Origin: an uncultured Selenomonadaceae bacterium
GTDB taxonomy: Bacteria > Bacillota > Negativicutes > Selenomonadales > Selenomonadaceae
DNA: 36,448 bases
Direction of reading: 5' to 3'
Assembly: GCA_905236325.1 (NCBI GenBank)
Contig: CAJOPJ010000230.1
Span: forward strand, 1 to 36,448
The notes beneath the pieces were generated by a model. It saw only the letters and a list, made by a program, of their open reading frames with translations, ran no database searches and was not told where the DNA came from. Of the stretch, positions 1 to 8,594 are shown one piece after another. How positions within the stretch are numbered: position 1 is the first letter of the stretch; each line of letters opens with the position of its first letter. Both the position numbers and the translations under genes were made by a program.

Positions 1-46
1 TAATAAAAATTTGTGAAATTTTAAAATCAATGAAAGGTTGATTGAC

Positions 47-1549
47 TTGAAAGTTTCTGTAATTTTATCCAGCTACAACCAAGCTGAATATGTTGCGCAG
101 TCAATTCAATCTGTTCTTGACCAGACTTTTACAGATTTTGAATTGCTGATTTATGACGACGGCTCAACCGATAACAGCCGCGAAATTATAAAAAATTTTT
201 CCGACGCGCGTATAAAACTTTTCCTGTACGATGTCAATCGCGGTCCTATTGATGCAGCGCAAGAAGCATTGAATTTTGCAAGCGGCGAGTACATTGCAAT
301 TCATCATTCCGACGACCTTTGGAAGCCGACTAAGTTGGAAAAGCAGGTTGAGTTTCTGGAAAAAAATCCTGACTACGCTGCGTGTTTTACTCAAGCAATT
401 TTTATTGATGAAAGCGGCGAAAGTTATGAACTGCCGACGGATCATCCTTACCATCATGTTTTTGAGTACAAAAATAAAACGCGCACAGAGTGGCTGAATC
501 ATTTGTTTTGGCACATGAGTTCATTTTGCAATCCAAGTTCACTTGTGCGCAATGAAAAAAATTTTATTAAATTCGACAGGCGATTTTTTCAGCTGTCCGA
601 CTTCAAAATGTGGCTGAATGTTTGTAAGCAAAAAAATTTATATGTTCTGCCGGAAAAATTGACAAAATTTCGACTGCGACGTACTGCCCAAAATTCCATG
701 AGTTCGCTGACTGTTGAAAAGGCAATACGCAATAAAAATGAATCCTACTTCACGGCGCGTGAATTTTTGCCGTTCACCAAGGACGCGCAGGAATTTTTAA
801 AAATTTTTCCTGAAGCCGAAAAATATCAAGTCAACGGCGAAATTGTAACTAAATTTGCATTTGCTGAACTTTGCCTTCAACACGCACAGCCGACTTATAA
901 AAATTTAGGCTTGGAAATTTTGTATCAGCTTTTGCAGGAAAAAAAATCTGCTGAAAAAATTAAAAAACTTTACAACTACACAGAAAAAAATTTTATTGCC
1001 GATACCGGAAAATATGATTCATTCGGCGCAAATTTGGAGTTGAAAAAACTGCACAGCGAATTATTTTTAGACTTCGGCGAAGACTTCAAGGCAGAAAATG
1101 TTTTTCAAAAAACTACTCTGCTGAATTCTGACGGCAAATTTTTTGTTGCATTCGATTGCGAATTGATTGCGCCGATTACAAGATTCAGATTCGACCCCGA
1201 AACGCGTAGCGGACTTGCAGTTAAAATTACAAAAATTGTTGTTAATGGCGAAGAAATTAAAAATTTTTCAAGCAACGCAATTTTAACTGTCGAAGATTGG
1301 AATTATTTTTTGACAGCAGATCCGCACTTTGTGATTGAAAAAAATATTTCTGAAAAAAGATTGCATGCTGAATTTACAGGCGTTGTTGAATTTGATAAAG
1401 TTACAAAAATTGAACAGCTTTTTGACAATCAACAAGAACAAATACGCCGGCTTAACGCAGAATTGAGCGGCATAAAAAATTCAGCGTCTTGGAAAATTAC
1501 AAAGCCTTTGCGCGATACAAAAAAATTTTTAAAAACAAAATTGAATTGA
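47..1549 (+). CDS. Family-2 glycosyltransferase with a ~250-aa non-catalytic C-terminal extension
   Basis: The N-terminus KVSVILSSYNQAEYVAQSIQSVLDQTFTDFELLIYDDGSTDNS is the classic GT2/GT-A nucleotide-sugar binding region, and HHSDD follows as a DxD-like motif. The C-terminal half has a coiled coil (QQEQIRRLNAEL) and an SWKITKPLR tail common in polysaccharide-synthesis proteins. The ORF opens at TTG 38, but TTG 47 has better spacing to GAAAGG (32-37). Confidence 0.8.
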   Translation: MKVSVILSSYNQAEYVAQSIQSVLDQTFTDFELLIYDDGSTDNSREIIKNFSDARIKLFLYDVNRGPIDAAQEALNFASGEYIAIHHSDDLWKPTKLEKQVEFLEKNPDYAACFTQAIFIDESGESYELPTDHPYHHVFEYKNKTRTEWLNHLFWHMSSFCNPSSLVRNEKNFIKFDRRFFQLSDFKMWLNVCKQKNLYVLPEKLTKFRLRRTAQNSMSSLTVEKAIRNKNESYFTAREFLPFTKDAQEFLKIFPEAEKYQVNGEIVTKFAFAELCLQHAQPTYKNLGLEILYQLLQEKKSAEKIKKLYNYTEKNFIADTGKYDSFGANLELKKLHSELFLDFGEDFKAENVFQKTTLLNSDGKFFVAFDCELIAPITRFRFDPETRSGLAVKITKIVVNGEEIKNFSSNAILTVEDWNYFLTADPHFVIEKNISEKRLHAEFTGVVEFDKVTKIEQLFDNQQEQIRRLNAELSGIKNSASWKITKPLRDTKKFLKTKLN

Positions 1550-1559
1550 GGTAAGCATT

Positions 1560-3428
1560 TTGAAAAGATTGGGCATTTTTTGCACTTATGACAGCGAAGG
1601 CATCGTTGACGACTATATTTTGTACTTGTTGCAGGAAATTAAAAAAATTTTGACGCACTTGACTATTGTCAGCAATGGCGAACCTACGCCTGAAAGTCGC
1701 AAAAAGCTTTTGCAGTTCACGGACGATTTAATCATTCGCGACAATTCCGGCTTTGATATGGAAGCTTGGCGGCAAGGCATTTTAAAGCAAAAAAATTTTT
1801 TGTCTGAGTATGATGAACTGTTAATTTTTAATGATTCGTTTTATGGACCACTGTATCCTTTCGAGGAAGTTTTTTCGCGCATGGACAAAGATTATCCCGA
1901 CGCAGATTTTTGGGGCTTAACAATTCACGGCAAAGTTGAAACTGTGCAAATGTCAACTTACGGCTACTTGCCGGAACATTTGCAGTCTTATTTTTTGATT
2001 GTGCGGAATAAAATGTTTCACAGCGCGGAATTTTTGGCTTACTGGGAAAATGCAAAAGTTGCAAAAACAATGGACGAAGCGATAACTGAACACGAAGTTT
2101 GTTTTACAAAGCATTTTGCGGATTTGGGATTTACTTACGCGGCTTATTGCGATACGCGCACTTGGGAGGAAGGTTATACAGTCAAAAATAATCATTACAT
2201 TCATTCTGCCGATAAGCTTTTGCGCGATTATCATTATCCTGTGCTGAAAAAAAAAGTTTTCTTGTATGACAGGCTTTCTGCCTTGCACGAGGATTATGGA
2301 AATATTCCGCGTGCGGCGTTGCAATTTGTTCAAGAAAATACAGATTATGATACTGCGCTGATTTGGAAAAATTTATTGCGCAAAAAAAATATTGCCGACT
2401 TAAAAACTGATTTGGCGTTGAATTATATTTTGCCGACTGATTTAGAAATTCCGACAAAAATCAATTTAAATGATGCTGTCATTATTGCGCATTTGTACTA
2501 TGAAGACTTAATGCCGACTTGCGTTGAATATCTTTGCAATGCGCCGAAGGAAATTACAATTGTCGTTACAGTCAGTTCAGCTGAAAAAAAATCTGTTGTA
2601 GAAAATTTATTTCGCAAAAAAAATCGCAACGCTGAAGTCAGACTTGTTGCGGCGCGTGGACGTGATATGTCAGCTTTGTACGTCGGTTGCGCCGATTTGT
2701 TTAAAAAATTTAAATATCTTGGTTTTGTGCACGACAAAAAATCTGCAAGAAGTGCTGCGCCTGTCAATCACGGCGAAGCATTTTTCAGGATGCTTTGGAA
2801 TAATTTTGTGCCGAGTGAAATTTTTGTTAAAAATGTTTTGGCAATTTTTGAAAAAAATCCTTGTCTTGGAATTTTATCAGTTCCTCAACCATACAACGGC
2901 GCATACCACGCAGTTTTTTTTACAAATAAATTTTGGTCACGCGCAAATTTGTTTGATATAGTTTTGCAACTTGCCGACAAATTGAAAATCTCCAGGAATT
3001 TTTTTGACAAGCAAAAAGTTCCGCCTGCTATTGGAAATGTTTTTTGGTGCAGAACTGCGGCTGTTGAATTGGTTACAAATCAAAATTGGCAGGTTGAAGA
3101 TTTTCCGCCCGAACCTATGGATATTGACGGCACAATCAGTCACGCGCTTGAAAGAATTTTGCCATACGCCGCGCAGCAGCAAGGTTTTTATACAGGTCAT
3201 TTGATGAACACGGAATTTGCGCGCGATCAAGTCGAAAATTTTACCAGCTTTTCCAGAATGTATTATGAATTTAATGTCGGTTTGGTCGGCTCAAATTTGT
3301 CAATTTTGACTGCTTGGGTTAAATACAAAATTCCGGAAAAATATTGGTTTTTACTGCGCCCTGTCAAAAAAGTCATGGACAAAAGCCAGAATTTTGTTTC
3401 AACGTTGCGCAGTCTGTTTCACAGTTAA
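1560..3428 (+). CDS. Rhamnan-synthesis protein F (RgpF)-like polysaccharide glycosyltransferase
   Basis: The 622-aa protein starts MKRLGIFCTYDSEGIVDDYILYLLQEIKK, which is typical of the RgpF family, and its length fits. The TTG start at 1560 lies 8 nt after GAGG (1548-1551) and directly follows the GT2 gene. Confidence 0.7.
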   Translation: MKRLGIFCTYDSEGIVDDYILYLLQEIKKILTHLTIVSNGEPTPESRKKLLQFTDDLIIRDNSGFDMEAWRQGILKQKNFLSEYDELLIFNDSFYGPLYPFEEVFSRMDKDYPDADFWGLTIHGKVETVQMSTYGYLPEHLQSYFLIVRNKMFHSAEFLAYWENAKVAKTMDEAITEHEVCFTKHFADLGFTYAAYCDTRTWEEGYTVKNNHYIHSADKLLRDYHYPVLKKKVFLYDRLSALHEDYGNIPRAALQFVQENTDYDTALIWKNLLRKKNIADLKTDLALNYILPTDLEIPTKINLNDAVIIAHLYYEDLMPTCVEYLCNAPKEITIVVTVSSAEKKSVVENLFRKKNRNAEVRLVAARGRDMSALYVGCADLFKKFKYLGFVHDKKSARSAAPVNHGEAFFRMLWNNFVPSEIFVKNVLAIFEKNPCLGILSVPQPYNGAYHAVFFTNKFWSRANLFDIVLQLADKLKISRNFFDKQKVPPAIGNVFWCRTAAVELVTNQNWQVEDFPPEPMDIDGTISHALERILPYAAQQQGFYTGHLMNTEFARDQVENFTSFSRMYYEFNVGLVGSNLSILTAWVKYKIPEKYWFLLRPVKKVMDKSQNFVSTLRSLFHS

Positions 3429-3565
3429 TCAAAAATGAGGTTTTTTTTATGAATCAAGCAGAAATTTTTAGACGATTCCGGAATTTCCTTCCGGCTCAAT
3501 GTTTTGGTTCAAGACTCAAGCAATAAAAAAACAACAGCTTGATTTAAAATTTAAAATAAAAAAAT

Positions 3566-3594
3566 TGCGGCACGAATTTATGTCGCATTTTTTT
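3566..3594. terminator. Intrinsic terminator between the convergent RgpF-like gene and ftsY
   Basis: A 7-bp stem TGCGGCA / TGTCGCA (one G-U pair) with an 8-nt loop is followed by T7 on the + strand. The reverse strand forms a weaker hairpin, also followed by a T-rich run. Confidence 0.5.
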
Positions 3595-3611
3595 ATATAA
3601 AAAATCAAAAT

Positions 3612-4526
3612 TCAATTGATACCAAAAAGCGCGTCGGCAAAATCTTTCGCATTGAAAGGTCGTAAGTCGTCCAATCTTTCGCCAACGCCAACCCATTTGA
3701 CCGGAATGTTCAATTCTTCCTTGATTCCGATAACCATTCCGCCTTTAGCAGTGCCATCTAATTTAGTCAAAACAATTCCTGTAATTCCGGCAGTTTTTGA
3801 AAATAATTCAGCCTGCCGAATTGCATTTTGTCCTGTAGTTGCGTCAAGTACAAGTAAAACTTCGTGCGGTGCGCCTTCAATAGCTTTGCCGATAAGGCGA
3901 TTGATTTTTTTTAATTCCTCCATCAAGTTAGATTTATTTTGAAGTCGTCCGGCAGTATCAACAATCAAGACATCAATTTTTTTTGCGATAGCAGAGCGTG
4001 CAGCGTCCAATGCAACGGAGGAAGGATTTGAGCCTTCGGAATGTTTAACAATATCTGCGCCTGTTCTTTGCGCCCAAACTTCAAGCTGATCAATTGCACC
4101 TGCGCGAAAAGTATCAGCCGCAGCAACCATAACTTTTTTGCCGAGATTTTTGTAATAAGCCGCAAGTTTGCCGATAGTTGTAGTTTTACCTGCGCCATTA
4201 ACGCCAATCATCAAAATAACTTTCGGCGGTGCGACTTCCAAAGTTTCGCCTTCCTCAGCAATTAAGATTTCGCGAATCTGATTGGACAAAAATTTTTTAA
4301 CATCGTCCGCAGTTTCAATTTCAGCTTTGCGAATACCTTTGCGAAGTCCTGTCATCAATTTTTCAGTTGTCTTAACACCGACATCCGACATTATCAAAGT
4401 TTCTTCCAAATCTTCCAATAAGTCATCATCAACTTTAGTTGCGCCGTGCAGAAGTTCCTCAATTTTATCAGCAAATTTTTCTTTAGTTTTGCTCAAGCCG
4501 GCTTTTAATCTGTCAAAAAATCCCAT
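3612..4526 (-). CDS. ftsY: Signal recognition particle receptor FtsY
   Basis: It has the MGFFDRLKAGLSKTKEKF start and the SRP-GTPase motifs GVNGAGKTTTIGKLA, DTAGR and TKLDGTAKGG. ATG 4526 is preceded by AAAGGTGG. The longer ORF reaching 4619 is probably 5' leader. Confidence 0.95.
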   Translation of the reverse strand: MGFFDRLKAGLSKTKEKFADKIEELLHGATKVDDDLLEDLEETLIMSDVGVKTTEKLMTGLRKGIRKAEIETADDVKKFLSNQIREILIAEEGETLEVAPPKVILMIGVNGAGKTTTIGKLAAYYKNLGKKVMVAAADTFRAGAIDQLEVWAQRTGADIVKHSEGSNPSSVALDAARSAIAKKIDVLIVDTAGRLQNKSNLMEELKKINRLIGKAIEGAPHEVLLVLDATTGQNAIRQAELFSKTAGITGIVLTKLDGTAKGGMVIGIKEELNIPVKWVGVGERLDDLRPFNAKDFADALFGIN

Positions 4527-4622
4527 AATCTTGCCACCTTTCAAATTAAAATTGGAAAATTGTAACTGTTGCCTGTGCACAGGATTATAAAATAAATATT
4601 GTTCATGAAAGTCAGCCAAAAT

Positions 4623-4651
4623 TTTATATCAGTTCCAAGATTGCCATTCAA
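4623..4651 (-). promoter_or_regulatory. Putative sigma-70 type promoter for ftsY
   Basis: On the minus strand it reads TTGAAT, a 17-nt spacer, then TATAAA, about 95 nt upstream of the ftsY ATG. Confidence 0.4.
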
Positions 4652-4829
4652 AATTATTTTTAATAACAAATCTGTGCTGGGAAAGTAAATAAGCAAAACA
4701 TCTTAAGCCTGTCCACGCATAAAAAAACAGCGAAAACGCCGGAATCGCAATATTTTTTCCACGCGGCGAGCGAATTAAAAATCTGCGACAAATGTTCGCT
4801 GTAAAAAAATAAAAATACCAAACTTGCAA
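4629..4829 (-). CDS. Doubtful small hydrophobic ORF (66 aa) between rimM and ftsY
   Basis: Codon choice (GCG, CCG, CGC, ATT, TTT) resembles the neighbouring genes. It starts with TTG, has no Shine-Dalgarno and matches no motif I recognise. An alternative 58-aa ORF in another frame starts at ATG 4837 with a good GAGGAAG SD. Confidence 0.2.
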   Translation of the reverse strand: MQVWYFYFFTANICRRFLIRSPRGKNIAIPAFSLFFYAWTGLRCFAYLLSQHRFVIKNNFEWQSWN

Positions 4830-4841
4830 AAAAACATTGCG

Positions 4842-5351
4842 TTAAACTTCCTCTAACTGCGCAGAATCGACAACAATTTTTTTTGCCTTAATATCAATTT
4901 CCTGAACAACGCTTTTAAGCGCAGGAATTAAAATTTCAGTTTCGCCGCGCACGATAAAAACATCATTGCTTTTTGTTTTAAGAACTTCGACAACTTTGCC
5001 GAGATTTTTATTTTGTAAGTCAAGAACTTCGCAGCCGATAATGTCGAATGTATAAAATTCGCCGTCCTCAAGTGGTGCGGCATTTTTTTTGTCGACTTGC
5101 AAAAATTGATTAGTTAGAGTCTTTGCAAGTTCACGATTGTCAAAACCTACAAATTTAATAAAAATTTCGCCGCCAATGTGATGAATTTTATCAACTTGAA
5201 AAATTTTATCGCCGACAAAAATTTCCTTCAAATTGTCGAATCTGCCTTCAAAATCAGTCAGCGGAATAATTTTTAAACTGCCGTCCAAGCCGCGAACTTT
5301 GCCCAACTTGCCTACAATTATTTTATCCCCTGATTGCAACGATTTTGTCAT
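4842..5351 (-). CDS. rimM: 16S rRNA processing protein RimM
   Basis: IIVGKLGKVRGLDGSLKIIPLTDFEGRF is the RimM N-terminal barrel, and a PRC-barrel-like C-terminus follows. The gene sits just downstream of ylqD, as in Bacillus. The start is uncertain (ATG 5351 or 5372) and overlaps the ylqD 3' end. Confidence 0.85.
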   Translation of the reverse strand: MTKSLQSGDKIIVGKLGKVRGLDGSLKIIPLTDFEGRFDNLKEIFVGDKIFQVDKIHHIGGEIFIKFVGFDNRELAKTLTNQFLQVDKKNAAPLEDGEFYTFDIIGCEVLDLQNKNLGKVVEVLKTKSNDVFIVRGETEILIPALKSVVQEIDIKAKKIVVDSAQLEEV

Positions 5352-5718
5352 CTTCCACCAAAACTTCCACATTCATAACTTCGCGCATATTGTCGCCGAC
5401 TTTCAAGTCAATTTGACGCTCCAAAGTTCCTTGAACAATTTCTGCGCCGATAGCAAGTTTTTCCAAAGTTTCGCGGCGCACGATTGATTCTTCGCGGCGG
5501 CGTTGACGTTGTGAAATTTCATTGCCGAAAAATCTTGCAATTTCTGCGCCTTGTTCAGGATGATTTTCAAGTTCGCGTTGGCGGTCAATATTTATTTGCT
5601 TAATTTCCAAGTCCATTTGTTCAGCAGTTTTTTTCAAATCGCCAATCAAGCGTTCTTTGAGTTTTTCTGTCAACTTTGCCTTAACAGTTACAGGCACAAT
5701 CACTTTTACACTTTCCAT
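5323..5718 (-). CDS. ylqD: YlqD family protein
   Basis: The 131-aa protein reads VIVPVTVKAKLTEKLKERL...LEKLAIGAEIVQGTLERQIDLKVGDNM...EDDKIVAIRG. It is collinear with B. subtilis YlqD and keeps the conserved position upstream of rimM. ATG 5718 is preceded by AAGGAGGAAAA. Confidence 0.8.
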   Translation of the reverse strand: MESVKVIVPVTVKAKLTEKLKERLIGDLKKTAEQMDLEIKQINIDRQRELENHPEQGAEIARFFGNEISQRQRRREESIVRRETLEKLAIGAEIVQGTLERQIDLKVGDNMREVMNVEVLVEDDKIVAIRG

Positions 5719-5756
5719 TTAATTTTCCTCCTTAACAATCGGTAAACAACTTGAAC

Positions 5757-5785
5757 AGTTTACACAATTATTTCATAACTTGCAA
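5757..5785 (-). promoter_or_regulatory. Putative promoter for ylqD-rimM
   Basis: On the minus strand it reads TTGCAA, a 17-nt spacer, then TAAACT, in the 74-nt folP-ylqD spacer. Confidence 0.35.
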
Positions 5786-5792
5786 ATTTTTT

Positions 5793-6536
5793 TTATCGAA
5801 TTAGACAATCAGCCATTTTGCACATTTTTGAAATCATTTTTACATTGTGAACTCGCAAAATATCAACACCGGCTTTAATTGCCAAAACACAAATTGCGCC
5901 TGTTGCTTCGTCGCGGTTATCAACCTCAAAACCTGTTGCGTAGCCGATAACGCTTTTTCTGCTGACTCCCAATAGCGTTGGAAATTTTTTAAATTCAGCA
6001 AGATTTTTCAGCAAAATTAAATTTTCTTCCTGCGTTTTACCAAAACCAATTCCAAAATCAAAAATAACTTCAACTCCGACAGTTTTTTTCTGAATTTGCC
6101 GAAAAAAATTTTTAACAGTGCTGATAATTTCGCCGCCGCCAAAATCACAAGTTGCAATGACCGGCGCGGAATATTTTTTTGCTAAATCAAGCATTTCTGC
6201 GCTAACGCCGTGAACATCATTTATAATATTTGCACCGCACTTCAATGCAAATTCTGCAACGCTCGGCTTGTAAGTATCAATTGAAATTGGAACAGAAAAT
6301 TTTTTCACGACAGGAATTATTTTTTCAAGTCGCGAAATTTCAACTTCAGCAGTGATTGGTTCAGCGTTTGGTCTTGTTGATTCCGCGCCAATGTCAATAA
6401 TATCTGCGCCGTCGGCAACTAATTTTTCGGCTTGTTTCACTGCTTCTTCAATTGAAAAAAATTTTCCGCCGTCAGAAAATGAATCCGGCGTGATGTTTAA
6501 AATCCCCATTACCAAAGTTTTTTTACCAAGTTCCAA
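5793..6536 (-). CDS. folP: Dihydropteroate synthase
   Basis: It carries the motifs GILNITPDSFSDGG, DIIDIGAESTRP, SIDT and INDV. GTG 6548 lies inside the SD AAGGTGGT, so TTG 6536, 8 nt downstream of GGTGG, is the likelier start. Confidence 0.92.
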   Translation of the reverse strand: MELGKKTLVMGILNITPDSFSDGGKFFSIEEAVKQAEKLVADGADIIDIGAESTRPNAEPITAEVEISRLEKIIPVVKKFSVPISIDTYKPSVAEFALKCGANIINDVHGVSAEMLDLAKKYSAPVIATCDFGGGEIISTVKNFFRQIQKKTVGVEVIFDFGIGFGKTQEENLILLKNLAEFKKFPTLLGVSRKSVIGYATGFEVDNRDEATGAICVLAIKAGVDILRVHNVKMISKMCKMADCLIR

Positions 6537-6579
6537 AATGCTTACCACCTTATTATTTACAACTTACTGCCTTTCAATC

Positions 6580-6608
6580 TTGACTTGATTTTAAATGTTT
6601 TATAAAAT
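6580..6608 (+). promoter_or_regulatory. Putative promoter for the 127-aa hypothetical gene
   Basis: It reads TTGACT, a 17-nt spacer, then TAAAAT, about 70 nt upstream of ATG 6677. Confidence 0.45.
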
Positions 6609-6676
6609 TATTGCAATTTAGACAGTGGCTTTTAGAAATTAAACTTTAGCAACTCAATGAAAGGAGATATTTTTTA

Positions 6677-7060
6677 ATGGCAACTTTAGACAGATTTAAA
6701 GACGCGCTGAAAATTGGAATATCTTTCGGCGACGGCGGACCTAACAGGCAACTTACCGCGCAGATGAAATATGACTACTTGGCGGCAGTTCATACTATGG
6801 AACAACTTACAAATTTGACTGCAGAATTTGAAGAACGCAAAAAACGCCGTGACGCATTGCGTGAAAAACTTTCCGACAGTTGCAGAAAGTCTTTGCAAAA
6901 AATTGCTGAAGGCGATGGAATTTTAACTGTTAAACAAATTGACTCCGCAATTAAAGGTCTTACAGAATTTAGAAATGAACTTGTTAAACTTGACAGCGTT
7001 GAAGGCGAAAGTGAAAAATTGTTTAAGTTCATTGAGGACGGAATTTCAGCCGGACACTAA
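6677..7060 (+). CDS. Hypothetical helical or coiled-coil protein (127 aa)
   Basis: It has a strong SD (AAAGGAGA 8 nt before the ATG), its own promoter-like element and typical codon usage. I recognise no family motif. Confidence 0.6.
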   Translation: MATLDRFKDALKIGISFGDGGPNRQLTAQMKYDYLAAVHTMEQLTNLTAEFEERKKRRDALREKLSDSCRKSLQKIAEGDGILTVKQIDSAIKGLTEFRNELVKLDSVEGESEKLFKFIEDGISAGH

Positions 7061-7061
7061 T

Positions 7062-7090
7062 TTGACAGCTAAAATTTTTTGTGCTAGATT
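7062..7090 (+). promoter_or_regulatory. Putative promoter for tRNA-Arg
   Basis: It reads TTGACA, a 17-nt spacer, then TAGATT, and ends about 16 nt before the mature tRNA 5' end. Confidence 0.5.
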
Positions 7091-7106
7091 TTTATAAACT
7101 GAAAGT

Positions 7107-7181
7107 GTGCTTGTAGTCCAGTGGATAGGACGTCGGCCTCCGGAGCCGGAAGCGCGGGTTCAACTCCCGCCAAGCGCACCA
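7107..7181 (+). tRNA. tRNA-Arg (anticodon CCG), CCA encoded
   Basis: I folded the cloverleaf by hand. The acceptor stem is GTGCTTG/CAAGCGC with one U-G pair, and the D arm is GTCC-AGTGGATA-GGAC. The anticodon arm is TCGGC-CTCCGGA-GCCGG, giving U33 and anticodon CCG, and the T arm is GCGGG-TTCAACT-CCCGC. The discriminator is A, followed by CCA and then a T10 run. Confidence 0.9.
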
Positions 7182-7235
7182 TTTTTTTTTGATAATTTAA
7201 TTTTTTTACTAATGTACTTAGTCATAAATTTTCAC

Positions 7236-7268
7236 AAAAAAAAATTAGCCGGAAAAAAATCTGGCTAA
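7236..7268 (-). terminator. Intrinsic terminator of the yhcH-like gene
   Basis: The hairpin TTAGCCGG-loop-CTGGCTAA (8 bp, one G-U pair) includes the TAG stop. It is followed on the minus strand by a T9 run. Confidence 0.5.
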
Positions 7269-7771
7269 ATATTCAAAATTACAGATTCATCATCAAGGAC
7301 AAGTTCAACCGGAACCTTGACGACAATTTTTGTTACATGTTCCGGCGCGTCGTCGTCCAATGAACCGCACGGTCTGTGAACATCGAGCGGAAATAAAACT
7401 GCGTAATTTCTGGCGCAAAGCATAACCGAACTTTCAGGAGTCAACGCTTGATAAAATGCGACATCGGCTTTTTCATCATAAGCCGAAACAAGTTTTAAGT
7501 CCGGACTTAGCGGACACCAACCTAAAACTTCCTCGCCGGCAAAAACATACTGAACATCAATAAATTTTTTGTGTGACTCCGGCTTGCAATCTTCAATCGG
7601 CTTTGTGTCATAATGCTGAACCTTGACAATAAAATCTGTGTGCGGCATTGGATATGCGCCGTCCTGAAAATTTTTAAAGTCAGTCGTTCGCAAGTATTCC
7701 AGCACAGAATAAATCACAGGATGAAAATCTCCGCCGTCTTTGTCAATGTTGTCAATATTTCCAATAAACAT
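7265..7771 (-). CDS. YhcH/YjgK/YiaL family (DUF386) cupin-like protein
   Basis: It is collinear with E. coli YhcH: ...FIVKVQHYDTKP....ESHKKFIDVQYVFAGEE...YAVLFPLDVHRP...KIVVKV. Confidence 0.75.
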   Translation of the reverse strand: MFIGNIDNIDKDGGDFHPVIYSVLEYLRTTDFKNFQDGAYPMPHTDFIVKVQHYDTKPIEDCKPESHKKFIDVQYVFAGEEVLGWCPLSPDLKLVSAYDEKADVAFYQALTPESSVMLCARNYAVLFPLDVHRPCGSLDDDAPEHVTKIVVKVPVELVLDDESVILNI

Positions 7772-7900
7772 TTCTCAACCTCCAAAATCCTTTCCTGCAG
7801 TTATTATATCAGCAATTAAAAAAACAGGCAAAACTTTTGATTTATTTTTGTTAATGTGATAATGTTTAGCAGAATTGATTTAGGAATGAGGAATGCGAAT

Positions 7901-8527
7901 TTGATAGCAATAATTGATTATGGCGTAGGAAATTTGTTCAGTGTTGAAAAAGCATTAACAGCGGTGGGCGCAAAAGTAAAAATCACAAGCGACGCTAAAG
8001 ATTTGCAAAGTGCAGAAAAATTAGTTTTGCCGGGCGTTGGCGCATTTGGCGACTGCATGAAAAATCTTGAGGCGACAGGTTTAATTCCGACAATTTTAGA
8101 ACAAGTTGCAACAATGAAGCCGCTGCTTGGAATTTGCGTAGGACTTCAGATTTTGTTTGAAGACAGCGAAGAATCGCCCGACGCAAAAGGCTTGGGAATT
8201 TTTAAAGGCAAAGTAAAAAAAATTCAGGCGAGCAATTTAAAAATTCCACACATGGGCTGGAACTCAATCAAAATTGGCAGAAAAAATTCAGCAGTAAAAT
8301 TTTCTGCGTCAAAACTGCTCAAAAATCTTGGCGACAAAAATTATTTTTATTTTGTACACAGTTATCACGCCGTGCCGTCAAATGAAAATTTAATTACTGC
8401 TACAACTGATTATGGCGAAGAAGTCACGGCGGCAGTTGAACTTGGAAATATTTTTGCAACGCAGTTTCATCCGGAAAAATCCGGCGATGTCGGCTTGCAA
8501 GTTTTAAAAAATTTTGTTGAACTTTAA
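7901..8527 (+). CDS. hisH: HisH-type class-I glutamine amidotransferase (IGP-synthase subunit H-like), no adjacent hisF
   Basis: It reads (M)IAIIDYGVGNLFSVEKAL, with the catalytic Cys in LLGICVGLQ and His-Glu in FATQFHPEKSG. TTG 7901 lies 7 nt after GAGGAA and gives the canonical HisH N-terminus. The ORF opens at 7856. Confidence 0.85.
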   Translation: MIAIIDYGVGNLFSVEKALTAVGAKVKITSDAKDLQSAEKLVLPGVGAFGDCMKNLEATGLIPTILEQVATMKPLLGICVGLQILFEDSEESPDAKGLGIFKGKVKKIQASNLKIPHMGWNSIKIGRKNSAVKFSASKLLKNLGDKNYFYFVHSYHAVPSNENLITATTDYGEEVTAAVELGNIFATQFHPEKSGDVGLQVLKNFVEL

Positions 8528-8594
8528 TCACTGAATTAGCAGCTAAAAATCTAATCTACTAATCAGCTAAAATCAACTGAAAGGAGATTTTTTT

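Noticed and set aside
3449-3526. A 25-codon ORF (MNQAEIFRRFRNFLPAQCFGSRLKQ) lies just after the RgpF-like gene. It has a GAGG 9 nt upstream and contains a CCGGAA/TTCCGG inverted repeat.
   Set aside because: It is too short to evaluate without conservation data. It lies in a convergent-terminator spacer and has no recognisable motif. I kept it only as a note.
4629-4837. I considered whether the rimM-ftsY gap encodes a real small protein, either the 66-aa TTG ORF or the alternative 58-aa ATG ORF at 4837 with a good SD.
   Set aside because: The two candidate frames conflict: one has better codon usage and the other a better SD. Neither has a recognisable motif. I listed the 66-aa ORF at very low confidence rather than treating it as a finding.
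7061-7264. I checked whether tRNA-Arg serves as an integration site for a genomic island or prophage.
   Set aside because: There is no integrase, no direct repeat of the tRNA 3' end and no compositional break nearby. The flanking genes are ordinary chromosomal genes.
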